This document shows, one piece after another, positions 53,292-63,548 of a stretch of DNA of 64,000 nt (position 1 is its first letter; every line of letters starts with the position of its first letter). The position numbers were made by a program, and so were the translations under genes. Source of the stretch: an uncultured Gemmatimonadaceae bacterium (GTDB lineage Bacteria; Gemmatimonadota; Gemmatimonadetes; Gemmatimonadales; Gemmatimonadaceae); contig CAWBOC010000009.1 of NCBI GenBank assembly GCA_963790305.1, positions 704,001 to 768,000 of the forward strand. Reading direction: 5' to 3'. The notes under the pieces were generated by a model. That model made no database searches, was not told the origin of the DNA, and worked only from the letters and a program-made list of their open reading frames with translations.

Positions 53292-54020
53292 GTGACAGTC
53301 TGGTTTCTCGTTGCTCTCACCGTCGTTGCCGTGCTCTCCGGCGCGACGGCGGCGGTCGTGGGCTTTGGCATCGGCAGCCTGCTGACGCCGCTTCTCGCCG
53401 TGCGTGTGGGGATGCCCGCGGCGATCGCGGCCATCGCGCTTCCTCACGCCGCCGCCACCGCGCTTCGCTTCTGGCGGCTGCGTGGCGCGGTTGACTGGGC
53501 CGTCGTGCGCCGGTTCGGTGTGCTCAGTGCAGCTGGCGGACTCGCGGGGGCCCTTCTCTATGCTCGCCTCGGCGGTCGCGAGCTCACATTGGTGCTCGCT
53601 GGACTGCTCATCCTCACTGGCGTGACAGGCCTAACGGGGATCATGCGACGCGTTGATTCCGGGCCCGCTGCCGGCGTGCTGGGAGCCATCTCGGGATTTT
53701 TCGGCGGGCTTGCCGGTAATCAGGGAGGGTTGCGCTCCGCGGCACTTCTCACCTTTCACCTGCCACCCGCGGCGTTCGTCGCCACGGCGACGGCGACCGC
53801 GCTGCTCGTGGACCTGGCGCGAACGCCGGTGTACCTCTGGCGCGCCAGCGCGGACCTGCTCAGCCTATGGCTTCCGATCACGGTTGCCACGGCGGGTGTG
53901 TTAGGCGGTACGCTGCTCGGCGAACGAATCCTCCTCGGGATGACACCGGAGCGCTTCCGCCGGGCCGTCTCGCTCGCGATCTTGGCACTCGGCGCGCTGC
54001 TGCTCGTTCGCGCGTTGTAG
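53292..54020 (+). CDS. TauE/SafE family membrane protein
   Basis: GFGIGSLLTP, SGFFGGLAGNQGG. Confidence 0.85.
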   Translation: MTVWFLVALTVVAVLSGATAAVVGFGIGSLLTPLLAVRVGMPAAIAAIALPHAAATALRFWRLRGAVDWAVVRRFGVLSAAGGLAGALLYARLGGRELTLVLAGLLILTGVTGLTGIMRRVDSGPAAGVLGAISGFFGGLAGNQGGLRSAALLTFHLPPAAFVATATATALLVDLARTPVYLWRASADLLSLWLPITVATAGVLGGTLLGERILLGMTPERFRRAVSLAILALGALLLVRAL

Positions 54021-54051
54021 CCGACCGAACGTAGCTCCTGGTGCGAACCAC

Positions 54052-54507
54052 ATGCCTCTTCGATTGATCCAGATCGTCCTCGCGCTCTTCGTGGTCGGGC
54101 TCGCGACCGTGCTGATCGGTCCGGTCGCCGCCACCATGCTCACGCCCGGCTGGTTCGAGGACGCCACTGCGCGACACTGGGCGAGCATGATCCTGTTTCT
54201 CTCTGTCGCCGCCGGATTGTTGTTGGCCGCATTCCGCCTGGCGTTCGCCCGCAATCGGTCGCCGTATCGGCTGTTGGGAGCCATCGATTGGTGGGTCGTG
54301 GCGGTGCTGAGCGTCGTCGCGACGGCGTGCGCCGCCGTCGCATCGCACTGGACGATCGCGTTACCCGGGCTTCTGCCGATTGCGATCGCCGTGGCATTGG
54401 CGCGCCGGCGCGCGCGGGAGGAGCGAATGACGCTCGTGGAGCCGGGCGTCGCAGACCTTCCACCTCGCGCGACGTTCACGAGCGCGGGGCCGTCAGGAAA
54501 GAGTTAG
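54052..54507 (+). CDS. Membrane protein
   Basis: Four TM helices. Confidence 0.7.
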   Translation: MPLRLIQIVLALFVVGLATVLIGPVAATMLTPGWFEDATARHWASMILFLSVAAGLLLAAFRLAFARNRSPYRLLGAIDWWVVAVLSVVATACAAVASHWTIALPGLLPIAIAVALARRRAREERMTLVEPGVADLPPRATFTSAGPSGKS

Positions 54508-54522
54508 AAGTCTCACGCTCGC

Positions 54523-55329
54523 ATGGCGCGCTTCGCTGGCGCGCCATACCTGTGGGTCGGGCTCTCTCCAGGAGGTCGCTCCGTGCGGCTCGTCCTCGCT
54601 GTGCTCGCGATGTTCGCCGTCCCGGCTGCCCTTGCCTCACAGGTGGCCGGACGCTTTCCGCCCGACTCGCTCATCAACGTGCAAGTCTTCCCCCGCACCA
54701 CGCCGGTCGCCGAAGTAACGGCGGCCATGCGAAGCTTCGCGATGGGACTCGGGGTACGCTGCCAGTACTGCCACGTGGGCGAGGAAGGCATGCCGCTCGA
54801 GCGCTTCGACTTCGCCAGCGATGAGAAGCGCACCAAGCTCGTAGCCCGACAGATGATGCGCATGGTCCAGGAGATCAACCGGAGGCTGGACACGATTCCC
54901 GGTCGCACGGCGGCGGCTCTCGAGGTGAGCTGCGCGACCTGCCATCGGGGCGTCAGCAAGCCAATGCCGTTGTCGGCCCTCATTGCCGACGTGGCACTCA
55001 CCGCGGGCCCCGACTCGGCGGTGCGTGCGTATCGTGCGCTGCGCCAGCGCTTCCACGGACGCGACGCCTACGATTTCGGCGAGGGCTCACTCAATGCCGC
55101 CGCGCTGCGCGTTGGTCGTGCTGGAAAATACGACGACGCATTCGCGTTGCTCCGACTCAACGAAGAGGTATTTCCGAACTCGGCAGGGACGTCGGTTTTC
55201 CGGGGCAACATCAGCCTCATGAGGGGTGATACGAGCGGCGCGGAAGCCGCGTTCCGCGAAGCATTGCGACGTGATCCCTCGAGTAACGAGGCGCGCGGGC
55301 GGCTTCGCGCCATCGGGCGTCAGCCGTAG
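54523..55329 (+). CDS. Diheme c-type cytochrome with C-terminal TPR
   Basis: GLGVRCQYCH, DFASDEK, VSCATCHRG; start may lie slightly downstream. Confidence 0.85.
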   Translation: MARFAGAPYLWVGLSPGGRSVRLVLAVLAMFAVPAALASQVAGRFPPDSLINVQVFPRTTPVAEVTAAMRSFAMGLGVRCQYCHVGEEGMPLERFDFASDEKRTKLVARQMMRMVQEINRRLDTIPGRTAAALEVSCATCHRGVSKPMPLSALIADVALTAGPDSAVRAYRALRQRFHGRDAYDFGEGSLNAAALRVGRAGKYDDAFALLRLNEEVFPNSAGTSVFRGNISLMRGDTSGAEAAFREALRRDPSSNEARGRLRAIGRQP

Positions 55330-55420
55330 CGCCCTCAATGTAATCCACTCGTAATCCGGCGCTCACGACCAGTTCATGCGCGCGACGTAGCTTGGCGCTC
55401 AACAATCGTCTGGAGCGCAC

Positions 55421-55963
55421 ATGCGTCGCTTCCTGCATGATCTCACCCTGCTCGCAGCGGTGGCGGCTGCCGGCGGATACGCCCTCAGTCGCGTGGAAAG
55501 CTCCCCGGCCCAGCCCATGGCGCTCAGACGCGAGCCGGTCGTTAGCGACGCTGCGCCCCCACCGTCGGAGAAGGCGATGGACGTGCTTCGCAACGCAACG
55601 GTGTTCTCCTCCGTGTCCGTCGGATCCGCCGGCGTCGTGCCCGAGACCGTTGTCGCGTGGCTGACCATTCTGTCCCAACCCGACGCGGGAAGGATGTTTG
55701 TGGACCTGCTCCATACGGCCACACCCGCTGGGCGAGTGTACGCGCTCGCGGGACTTCGGACGATCAACCCGCCACTCTTTCGTCGCTGGGCGCACCCGTT
55801 CTTCAACAGCCCGATCCTCGTGAGGACGATGGGAGGATGCATCCTCCGCACGATGACCACCGGTGGCATCGTCGATGAGCTGCAGCGCGGAATGTGGATC
55901 GGGGATTTCGTGACGGCGTCCAGATCCCGTTACGTCGGCGATCTGCCATGGCCCCGGCATTAA
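55421..55963 (+). CDS. Hypothetical exported protein
   Basis: ATPAGRVYALAGL...GCI. Confidence 0.7.
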   Translation: MRRFLHDLTLLAAVAAAGGYALSRVESSPAQPMALRREPVVSDAAPPPSEKAMDVLRNATVFSSVSVGSAGVVPETVVAWLTILSQPDAGRMFVDLLHTATPAGRVYALAGLRTINPPLFRRWAHPFFNSPILVRTMGGCILRTMTTGGIVDELQRGMWIGDFVTASRSRYVGDLPWPRH

Positions 55964-56056
55964 AGGGGCGGGCGCAGACCGTGCATATGGATTCATCCCT
56001 CCGGAACGGGTACGTTCCGGCCAGCAAGCTCTCTCGGAAATCCCTGCGCACCATTC

Positions 56057-57325
56057 ATGGATCGGGTACTGGCGGTCATTCTCGGCGGCGGTGCGGGCAC
56101 GCGGCTCTTTCCGCTGACGCGCGATCGTGCCAAACCCGCCGTTCCGCTCGCCGGAAAGTACCGGCTGGTCGACGTGCCGATCTCGAACTGCCTCAACTCC
56201 GGCCTCGACCGAATCTTCGTCGTCACGCAGTTCAACTCCGCGAGCCTCAATAATCACGTCGCGCGCGCCTACGCGTTCGACCGGTTCAGCGGCGGGTTCG
56301 TGACGATCCTCGCCGCCGAGCAGACCCCGTCGTCGGAGAAGTGGTATCAGGGCACCGCTGACGCGGTCCGTCGCTCGATTCCCCACTTCAAGAGCCAGCT
56401 GCACGACCGCGTCCTCATCCTCTCCGGTGACCAGCTGTACACCATGGATTATCGGTTGATGCTCGAGCATCACCGGAAAACCAAGGCGGACATAACGGTG
56501 GCGGTGACACCGGTCGTGGCCGCGGAGGCGCCGGCGTTCGGGATCCTCAAGACCGACGACACGCAGCGCATCACCGAGTTCTACGAAAAGCCGAAGATCC
56601 ACGACCTCGCCGGGAAAGAGAGTCCCGTGTCGCCGGAGCTCACGACGCAGGGACGCATCTATCTCGCGTCGATGGGCATCTACGTGTTCGAGGCGCGCGT
56701 GCTGTACGAGCTCCTTGATGCCAGGCCCGATGATCACGACTTCGGCAAGGCGATCATCCCGAACGCCATCCACGAGCGGACGGTCGTCGCCTACCCGTTC
56801 ACGGGCTACTGGAACGACATCGGAACGGTTCGCTCGTTCTTCGAGACCAACATCATGCTGGCGCAGCCGCATCCGGCGTTCAACCTGTACGATCCGAACT
56901 TCCCACTGTACACCGACGCGGTGATGCTGCCACCGGCGAAGGTCAGCCGATCCCGATTGGAGAACACGCTCGTGGGGGTGGGCAGCGTCATCGTCGACAG
57001 CGACATCTCGAATTCCGTCGTCGGCCTCCGATCGTTCATCGACCGAGGTGCGCGCCTGCACCGAACGGTTTTCATGGGCGCCGACTACTTCCGGTGGGAG
57101 GAATCCGAGGCACGGAACAGCGCCCAGGGACCGGCCTATCCCGGCGTGGGCCAGGGGACGCAGATCGAGAACGCCATCGTGGACAAGAACGCGTCGATCG
57201 GCAACCGATGCACGATCACGAACGCGGCCGGCATCCAGGAGGGCGAGGGTCCCGGCTTCTACATCCGCGATGGCATCGTCGTCATCGTGAAGAATGCCGA
57301 AATCGCCGACGGCACCGTGATCTGA
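56057..57325 (+). CDS. glgC: Glucose-1-phosphate adenylyltransferase
   Basis: ILGGGAGTRLFPLT, AKPAVP, WYQGTADAVR, LSGDQLY, ASMGIY. Confidence 0.95.
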   Translation: MDRVLAVILGGGAGTRLFPLTRDRAKPAVPLAGKYRLVDVPISNCLNSGLDRIFVVTQFNSASLNNHVARAYAFDRFSGGFVTILAAEQTPSSEKWYQGTADAVRRSIPHFKSQLHDRVLILSGDQLYTMDYRLMLEHHRKTKADITVAVTPVVAAEAPAFGILKTDDTQRITEFYEKPKIHDLAGKESPVSPELTTQGRIYLASMGIYVFEARVLYELLDARPDDHDFGKAIIPNAIHERTVVAYPFTGYWNDIGTVRSFFETNIMLAQPHPAFNLYDPNFPLYTDAVMLPPAKVSRSRLENTLVGVGSVIVDSDISNSVVGLRSFIDRGARLHRTVFMGADYFRWEESEARNSAQGPAYPGVGQGTQIENAIVDKNASIGNRCTITNAAGIQEGEGPGFYIRDGIVVIVKNAEIADGTVI

Positions 57326-57334
57326 CGCCGCGTC

Positions 57335-58576
57335 GTGCGCATCGCCCTGTTCACGAACGAGTATCCGCCTAACGTCTACGGCGGGGCCGGCGTCCACGTG
57401 GAGTATCTCTCCCGCGAGCTGGCGCGCGCCGACGGCGGCGCGCATCACGTCGACGTGCTGTGCTTCGGGAAGCAGGATGAGACGATCGGCAACCTTCGCG
57501 TGCGCGGGGTCTCCCCTGCGCTGCGGTTTGCGGCCCAGGACCCTCGCCACGCCAAGCTGCTCGACGCGCTCCTGCGCGACCTGGCGATGGTCGGAGCGGT
57601 GGAGTCGCCCGACGTCGTGCACTGCCACACCTGGTACGCTCACCTCGCGGGATGTCTGGCGCGTCCGCTCACCGGCGCGCCGTTGGTGCTGACGACGCAC
57701 TCGCTCGAGCCGCACCGGCCCTGGAAGGTCGAGCAGCTGGGAAGCGCCTATCACGCGACGACGTGGATCGAGCGGACAGCATACGAGAATGCCGACGGCG
57801 TCGTGGCGGTCTCGCGGGCCATGCAGGACGACGTGCAGTCGCTGTATGGAGTGCCGTCCGAGCGCGTACGGGTCATCCACAATGGCATCGACCCCGACGA
57901 ATACCGCCCGCGCCCCGCGCCATTGACGCTGCGGAGACTCGGCGTCGATCCTGACGTGCCCATCGTGCTCTTCGTTGGCCGGATCACCCGGCAGAAGGGA
58001 ATCCTTCATTTGGTGCGAGCGATCAAATACCTCACGCCGGGATCGCAGGTCGTCCTCTGCGCGGGCGCGCCGGATACCGACGCCATAGCGGCCGAGATGA
58101 GCGAGCTCGTCGCCCAGGCGAAGGGCGAGGCGGAAACGACGATCGTCTGGATTCCCGAGATGCTGTCGAAGGACGACGTTATCGCGCTCTACACGCACGC
58201 CGAAGTCTTCGTGTGTCCGTCGGTCTACGAGCCGTTCGGCATCATCAATCTCGAGGCGATGGCGTGCGAGACGCCGGTGGTCGCCGCGGCGGTGGGCGGG
58301 ATTCCAGAGATCGTGGTGCCGGGCGAGACAGGGCTGCTCGTGCCGTTCGACGCGGAAGGGGGAGAATCGCCCGAGCCGCGGAATCCGGATCGCTTCTCGC
58401 GCGCGCTGGCGGCCGCCGTGAACGAGCTGATGATGGCCGCGCCCGAGCGTCGCGCCGCGATGGGAAAGGCTGCCCGGGCGCGCGTCCTCGAGCACTTCAG
58501 CTGGGCGCACATCGCGCGCGTGACGCTCGAGTTCTACCAGGAGCTCATCGAGCGGCGCCGGCGAGAGCGCTCGTGA
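57335..58576 (+). CDS. glgA: GT4 glycogen synthase (GlgA/GlgM actinobacterial type)
   Basis: EYPPNVYGGAGVHV, HCHTWY, HSLEP-RPWK, VGRITRQKG, YEPFGIINLEAM. Confidence 0.9.
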   Translation: MRIALFTNEYPPNVYGGAGVHVEYLSRELARADGGAHHVDVLCFGKQDETIGNLRVRGVSPALRFAAQDPRHAKLLDALLRDLAMVGAVESPDVVHCHTWYAHLAGCLARPLTGAPLVLTTHSLEPHRPWKVEQLGSAYHATTWIERTAYENADGVVAVSRAMQDDVQSLYGVPSERVRVIHNGIDPDEYRPRPAPLTLRRLGVDPDVPIVLFVGRITRQKGILHLVRAIKYLTPGSQVVLCAGAPDTDAIAAEMSELVAQAKGEAETTIVWIPEMLSKDDVIALYTHAEVFVCPSVYEPFGIINLEAMACETPVVAAAVGGIPEIVVPGETGLLVPFDAEGGESPEPRNPDRFSRALAAAVNELMMAAPERRAAMGKAARARVLEHFSWAHIARVTLEFYQELIERRRRERS

Positions 58577-59172
58577 CCGACCTTCTCACCCTGCTCGAGG
58601 AGCTCCAGAGCATCGCGCGGACGGGGCTGAATTACAGCAGCGACCCCTACGCCCGGGCGCACTATTCGCGGCTACTCGACCTGGCCGTAGCGCATTACGA
58701 GCAGGCTCTCGATCTGCCGGCGCCCGAGGTACGCGCCCGCCTTCAGGGCGAGCTTGGCTCCATTACTCCGAAGGTCGGTGCCGACGCCGCCATTTTCGAT
58801 GACGAAGGCCGCATTCTCCTCGTCGAGCGCTCGGACGACCGGTGCTGGGGTCTGCCTGCGGGATGGGTGGATCCGAACGAGGCACCCAGGGACACGGTAC
58901 GCCGGGAGGCCAGAGAAGAGCTGAGCCTGGAGGTCGAGCCGGTTCAGCTCGTGGACGTCATGTTCCGGCCGGCGAGCGCCAAGTTCGGGCCGCACGCGGT
59001 GGTCTCGATCGTCTATCTCTGTGAGGTGCGCGGTGGAGAGGTCGTGCCCTCACACGAGGTGCTCGGGGCCCGATTCTGGACGATCGAAGAGGTGCCGGTG
59101 TGGCACAAGGATCACCTCAAGTTCGCGAACGCCGCCCGCGCCGTCTGGACGACCCGGCGAGGCGCGGTGTAG
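58573..59172 (+). CDS. NUDIX hydrolase with N-terminal domain
   Basis: TPKVGAD, GLPAGWVDPNE...RREAREE. Confidence 0.88.
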   Translation: MTDLLTLLEELQSIARTGLNYSSDPYARAHYSRLLDLAVAHYEQALDLPAPEVRARLQGELGSITPKVGADAAIFDDEGRILLVERSDDRCWGLPAGWVDPNEAPRDTVRREAREELSLEVEPVQLVDVMFRPASAKFGPHAVVSIVYLCEVRGGEVVPSHEVLGARFWTIEEVPVWHKDHLKFANAARAVWTTRRGAV

Positions 59173-59211
59173 GTTGGCAGCCAGTCAGCGCGTCCCCTAT
59201 CTGAGGCACAG

Positions 59212-59391
59212 ATGGACAACAAGAAGCTGCTCGCCTTGGCGAAGAAAAACGCCGCCAAGTCAGCCGATCTCGAGAAGAAGCGAAAGAAAAAGACGTACGA
59301 CGCGACCCTCGACGTGACCCGTCCCGAGGATCCGCCCGAGGACAGCGAGGCGGATGCGATCTTTCGCGAGATGAAAAAACGAGAGTTTTGA
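59212..59391 (+). CDS. Small Lys-rich protein (59 aa, below the ORF-track cutoff)
   Basis: GAGG RBS; MDNKKLLALAKKNAAK...AIFREMKKREF-stop. Confidence 0.65.
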   Translation: MDNKKLLALAKKNAAKSADLEKKRKKKTYDATLDVTRPEDPPEDSEADAIFREMKKREF

Positions 59392-59478
59392 CCCGTTAGC
59401 CCTTCGCCGAGCGACCCGCACTGCCGCGGTAGCACATTTGCATGGCGGAGCAGTACTGAGAACGTTGCGTACGCTTCG

Positions 59479-59796
59479 ATGAACCCTGGAGAGGCGGCGA
59501 TGCGGCTGCGCCCACTCGAGAGAGGCGGCTTGGCACTCGCGACGCTGATCGCAGCGAGCACGGTGTGGGTCGCCATTGGTGACCGGCACTGGGCAGCTAC
59601 GCTCGTATTGGGCGTATTGGCGCTCGCCTGCGCCTATCCGGCGATCACCGGCCGCGACCCATTCGATGTTCGCAATCGGCGCCGAAAGCACCGCCGTCAT
59701 CGCTCCAAGCGGCATACGGCCGCGGCGACATCCAGTGCCCTCGGCGGGGATGCCCCCCAAATACTCGGTTCGCCAGACGGCGACCCTCGAGCCTAG
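59479..59796 (+). CDS. Small membrane protein
   Basis: Two TM helices and a basic tail. Confidence 0.55.
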   Translation: MNPGEAAMRLRPLERGGLALATLIAASTVWVAIGDRHWAATLVLGVLALACAYPAITGRDPFDVRNRRRKHRRHRSKRHTAAATSSALGGDAPQILGSPDGDPRA

Positions 59797-59800
59797 CACA

Positions 59801-60961
59801 TTGGCAGAAACTGGCAGCTCTGTAGCACGCGAATCCGGCCCACCTCCGTCCCCACACACGTCGGAGCTGTATCGCCTTCTCGTCGAGAGGGTGACGGACT
59901 ATGCCATCTTCGCGCTCGACGCCGGAGGGCATATCATCAGCTGGAATCCTGGCGCGCAGCGGCTCAAGGGATATCTCGCGCACGAAATCATTGGAAAGCA
60001 CTTTTCGACGTTCTATCCCGAGGTCGACAAACGAGCCGGCAAGCCGGAGTGGGAGCTCGAGGTTGCGACGGACGTCGGACGGGTCGAGGACGAAGGGTGG
60101 CGCATTAAGAAAGACGGGACTCGATTCTGGGCGAACGTCGTGATCACCGCTCTCCGAGATGAATCCGGAACCCTGGTGGGGTTCGCCAAGATCACCCGCG
60201 ACCTCACCGAACGCATGGAGGCTCAACAGCGGGCGCTCGATGACACGAGGCGCCTGGCAGAAGTCGAAGCGCTCAGTCGGGCGAAAAGTCAGTTTCTGGC
60301 CTCGATGTCGCACGAGCTTCGAACGCCGCTCAACGCCATCGGCGGCTACGCGGAATTGATCGAGATGGGCCTGGGTGGGAGCGTCACGGACCAGCAGCGC
60401 GAGTATCTCACCCGCATCCGGGGAAGCCAGCAGCACCTGCTCCGCATCATCAATGACCTGCTCAACTACAGCCGCATCGAGTCGGGGAAGCTCGCCTACG
60501 AGCAGGAGCAGGTACCGCTTTCCGCGGTGATCGAGGCCGTCACGACCATGATCGGGCCCCAGGCGGCCAACAAGCGGATCAAGCTGGACACGCCCCCGAG
60601 TCGCGACAACTCGGTGGCTCTCGCCGATCGCCTCAAGGTCGAGCAGATCGTGCTCAACCTGTTGACCAACGCGGTGAAGTTCACGCCGCCGTCGGGCCGG
60701 GTGACGGTCGCCTGCCGGACCGACGGCGAGCGGGTTCTGCTCACGGTCGCCGATACCGGTCCGGGAATTCCGGCGGAGCGATTGGATGACATCTTCGAGC
60801 CCTTCGTGCAGCTCGGGCGTTCGCTCTCCAGCGGGCACGAGGGCGCCGGCCTGGGACTCGCGATCAGCCGGGATCTCGCGCGGGCCATGCACGGGGACGT
60901 GATGGTGGAAAGCGCCGCCGGCAAGGGCGCTACCTTCACGTTGAGCCTCCCAAAGGCGTAG
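59801..60961 (+). CDS. PAS sensor histidine kinase; start uncertain
   Basis: DYAIFALD, SWNPGA, EDEGWR-KKDGTRFWANV, SHELRTPLNAI, GLGLAIS. Confidence 0.9.
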   Translation: MAETGSSVARESGPPPSPHTSELYRLLVERVTDYAIFALDAGGHIISWNPGAQRLKGYLAHEIIGKHFSTFYPEVDKRAGKPEWELEVATDVGRVEDEGWRIKKDGTRFWANVVITALRDESGTLVGFAKITRDLTERMEAQQRALDDTRRLAEVEALSRAKSQFLASMSHELRTPLNAIGGYAELIEMGLGGSVTDQQREYLTRIRGSQQHLLRIINDLLNYSRIESGKLAYEQEQVPLSAVIEAVTTMIGPQAANKRIKLDTPPSRDNSVALADRLKVEQIVLNLLTNAVKFTPPSGRVTVACRTDGERVLLTVADTGPGIPAERLDDIFEPFVQLGRSLSSGHEGAGLGLAISRDLARAMHGDVMVESAAGKGATFTLSLPKA

Positions 60962-60976
60962 CCGCTCGCCCCGCGC

Positions 60977-61750
60977 CTAACGCGGGGCCACCCAGAAGCC
61001 GGTCACCGACCGGATTCTCCCCGTAGCCCCCATCACGAAGACATTCGTGCCGCGCGCGCGTTCCTGTCCATCGCTGCTGCTCGCGATCCAGTCGACGAGC
61101 GCCGTTCCCTGGCACTGCCGCACACTCCCGCTCCGCCGCATACGCAACCCGGGCATGTGGAACTGCGCCGCGGCGATGTGAGGGAGCAGATCCTCGAGGC
61201 CGTCGGTGTTGCTGAACCGGTCCTGAAACCGCAGCCCGCCCTCGGCTACTCGACGAAGGGCCGCTTCGCGGGTCGTCACGTCAGGCTCGGCCCACGCCTC
61301 GAACCACGTGTCAACCACCGTCGCAGCATCGGCATGCAGCTCGTCAGCCACGACGTTCGAGAAGAGCGCGAGCTGGTACCGCCATCCCTGAACGAAGTCA
61401 TCGCGCACGGACTCACGGGAGAACTCGTGCGTGACGTGAAGTTGAGTGCCGAGCGCGTGAGGATCGAGCCTGATCGTCACGCGAGACCCGCCTGGCGCAA
61501 TCGGCTCTCCCTTCACGAAGCCATAGCTGAAGATCATGCGCTCAGGAGGCTCGACTTCGATGACTTCCCCCGAGACGTCGGTACCGCCGGGCAATCGAAT
61601 CAATAGGGCACCTCCGGGACGCGCATCGATGGTCGAGCCCGCTCCCCACCAGGTGGCCCATCGCGGCGTGTCGGTGAGGAAGCGAAAGACGTTCTCGCGC
61701 GGCGCCTGAATGACGACGCTGCGCTCGAGCTGGTATGGCAGGTTCGACAT
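60977..61750 (-). CDS. SRPBCC (AHA1-like) plus SnoaL-like domain protein
   Basis: IQAPRENVF, DARPGG, EVEPPERM, QGW. Confidence 0.85.
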   Translation of the reverse strand: MSNLPYQLERSVVIQAPRENVFRFLTDTPRWATWWGAGSTIDARPGGALLIRLPGGTDVSGEVIEVEPPERMIFSYGFVKGEPIAPGGSRVTIRLDPHALGTQLHVTHEFSRESVRDDFVQGWRYQLALFSNVVADELHADAATVVDTWFEAWAEPDVTTREAALRRVAEGGLRFQDRFSNTDGLEDLLPHIAAAQFHMPGLRMRRSGSVRQCQGTALVDWIASSSDGQERARGTNVFVMGATGRIRSVTGFWVAPR

Positions 61751-61755
61751 GGTGA

Positions 61756-62118
61756 TCACCCCTTTCGTGCCTTGACGGTTCGGCGCCGCGGTCGCGGGCC
61801 GCGACGCGTGTGCTCGAGCTCGGCGGCCAGCTTCAGGCGCCAGAGTGCATCGTCCCACATCTGCTCCAGCATCCTCCCCAGCGGTCCCGCCGCTTCGCGC
61901 CGAGCCCGATAAAACCGGTGCCTCCCCTCAGCGCGGGCTTCCGCCAGTCCCGATTCGGTGAGCGATCGCAGTTGCAGCGATACGGCGCCGAAGGTGACGT
62001 CCGGCATCGCTCGATGAATCGCTCCCGCGGTGAGCTCCTGCGTCCAAATGAGGCGCAGAATCTCCTGGCGGCGAGGCGAGGCGAGCGTGGCGAGGACTGC
62101 GGGACCCGGGGCGAGCAT
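61756..62118 (-). CDS. ArsR/SmtB family transcriptional regulator
   Basis: LASPRRQEILRL, TFGAVSLQL, EGRHRFY. Confidence 0.88.
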   Translation of the reverse strand: MLAPGPAVLATLASPRRQEILRLIWTQELTAGAIHRAMPDVTFGAVSLQLRSLTESGLAEARAEGRHRFYRARREAAGPLGRMLEQMWDDALWRLKLAAELEHTRRGPRPRRRTVKARKG

Positions 62119-62127
62119 GGTCTATAG

Positions 62128-62143
62128 TTTAGATATAACTAAA
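62128..62143. promoter_or_regulatory. Probable ArsR operator palindrome
   Basis: TTTAGATATAACTAAA in an AT-rich patch just upstream of the arsR-type start. Confidence 0.6.
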
Positions 62144-62242
62144 ATGATTGTCAAGGACTTTGCATTTCTCACCCTTGACGGTTCGGTGATCCTGCGCCCA
62201 CCATGAGCGGAATCGCCGTCTCCTCCGGTCAGGGGTCGCATC

Positions 62243-62581
62243 GTGGCTTTCTCGCTCCGTCGTTGGCGTCCGCGCCATCTCCTGCTCGTCTGGGTGGCGT
62301 ACTGGATCATCGCGCTTCTCGTCGCCCTTCGGTCGGGGATCGCGGCAATCTGGCGGGTGACGAGTGACCCCGATGCGCACGGCAACATCAGCGCGGGCGT
62401 GACCGACGGCGTGTTTTCGTTGACCGTGTCGGAGGCCACTCGCGTGGTCTGGCAAGGAAGCGCGTCGATGACGTCGATTCTGCTCTGGTTCGCCGGCCCC
62501 CCGCTCCTCCTGTTTCTTCTCTGGCTGGCGGCGCGGCCGCGCGCCGCGGAGCCCGTGCTGGCAGCGCCGCCTCGACGCTGA
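62243..62581 (+). CDS. Membrane protein
   Basis: RRWRPRHLLLVW...GPPLLLFLLWL. Confidence 0.75.
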   Translation: MAFSLRRWRPRHLLLVWVAYWIIALLVALRSGIAAIWRVTSDPDAHGNISAGVTDGVFSLTVSEATRVVWQGSASMTSILLWFAGPPLLLFLLWLAARPRAAEPVLAAPPRR

Positions 62582-62586
62582 CGCCC

Positions 62587-62946
62587 ATGGCGGAGACACA
62601 GGCGAAGGGCGCGGAGCTGACTCTCGCGACGGTACTCGCTCGTCGCGCGCGTCAGGCATCGGACGGGCGCCTCGTGCTCGACGCCGCCAGTGGGCTGATC
62701 GTCGGAGCGCTCGCCCTGGCTTTCCGACCGCCGGCCTGGCCCGTGGTGCTCAGTGCCGCCGCGTGCATCCTTGCCTTTGGCGCGTGGGGCATCAGCGATC
62801 GCGCGTTGCGCGAGACCGAAGCGGGTTCCCGCCCATCGCGTGCGCTGCAGGCACTGTGCGTCGCCATGGCGACACTCGGCGCCCTCGGCTTCGTGGCTCT
62901 CGCTGCCACTACGATGTTCTTCATGCTCGGCACGTGGATCAGCTGA
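62587..62946 (+). CDS. Membrane protein
   Basis: RRARQASDGRL...GTWIS. Confidence 0.75.
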   Translation: MAETQAKGAELTLATVLARRARQASDGRLVLDAASGLIVGALALAFRPPAWPVVLSAAACILAFGAWGISDRALRETEAGSRPSRALQALCVAMATLGALGFVALAATTMFFMLGTWIS

Positions 62947-62990
62947 CCCGTCGGGCGGCCGTACCTAACGGGCGCCCCTGGCGGCTGTCG

Positions 62991-63521
62991 ATGGTCATCG
63001 TCGTCACGGCGATGGCGTGCAGCGATGGCCCGACCTCCCCTGATCCGGAGCCCACGTACCTGCTCCCCTTCCCGGCCGGTGACAGCGCGCAGCTCATTCA
63101 GGGCAACAACGGAACGTTCACGCATTTTGGCCCCTCGGCGTACGCGTTCGACTTTCGTATGACGATCGGCCGTTGGGTGACGGCCATGCGCACCGGGCAG
63201 GTCATCGCGGTCGAGGAGCGCTACATCGATGGCAACCGCACACCGGGGCAAGAAAATCTCGTGTTCGTGCGACACGATGACGGGACGTTCGCGCGCTATT
63301 ACCACCTGACGACGAACGGCGCACTCGTGACGCTGGGTCAGCGCGTGGCGGCGGGAGACACGATTGGTCGCAGTGGCGACACGGGATACAGCACGACTCC
63401 GCACCTGCACGTCGATGTCACGCGCGACTGCGTCGCGTGGGGATGTCAGACGGTCTGGATCCGATTCCAGAATGCGGGGGCGGATACGCTCGTGGCCGGC
63501 AGGGTCTACCGCGCGCAATAG
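62991..63521 (+). CDS. M23 family metallopeptidase lipoprotein; start uncertain
   Basis: YLLPF, TH...AFDF, YYHL, SGDTGYSTTPHLH. Confidence 0.88.
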   Translation: MVIVVTAMACSDGPTSPDPEPTYLLPFPAGDSAQLIQGNNGTFTHFGPSAYAFDFRMTIGRWVTAMRTGQVIAVEERYIDGNRTPGQENLVFVRHDDGTFARYYHLTTNGALVTLGQRVAAGDTIGRSGDTGYSTTPHLHVDVTRDCVAWGCQTVWIRFQNAGADTLVAGRVYRAQ

Positions 63522-63548
63522 GCCGCGCTTTTGCCGCAACATCCGGCA

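Noticed and set aside
54523..55329. Photosynthetic reaction-centre cytochrome (pufC)
   Set aside because: Only two CxxCH motifs plus TPR, and no puf or bch genes nearby.
55217..58510. 1097-aa minus-strand ORF
   Set aside because: Antisense shadow of glgC/glgA caused by high-GC codon bias; no domain motifs.
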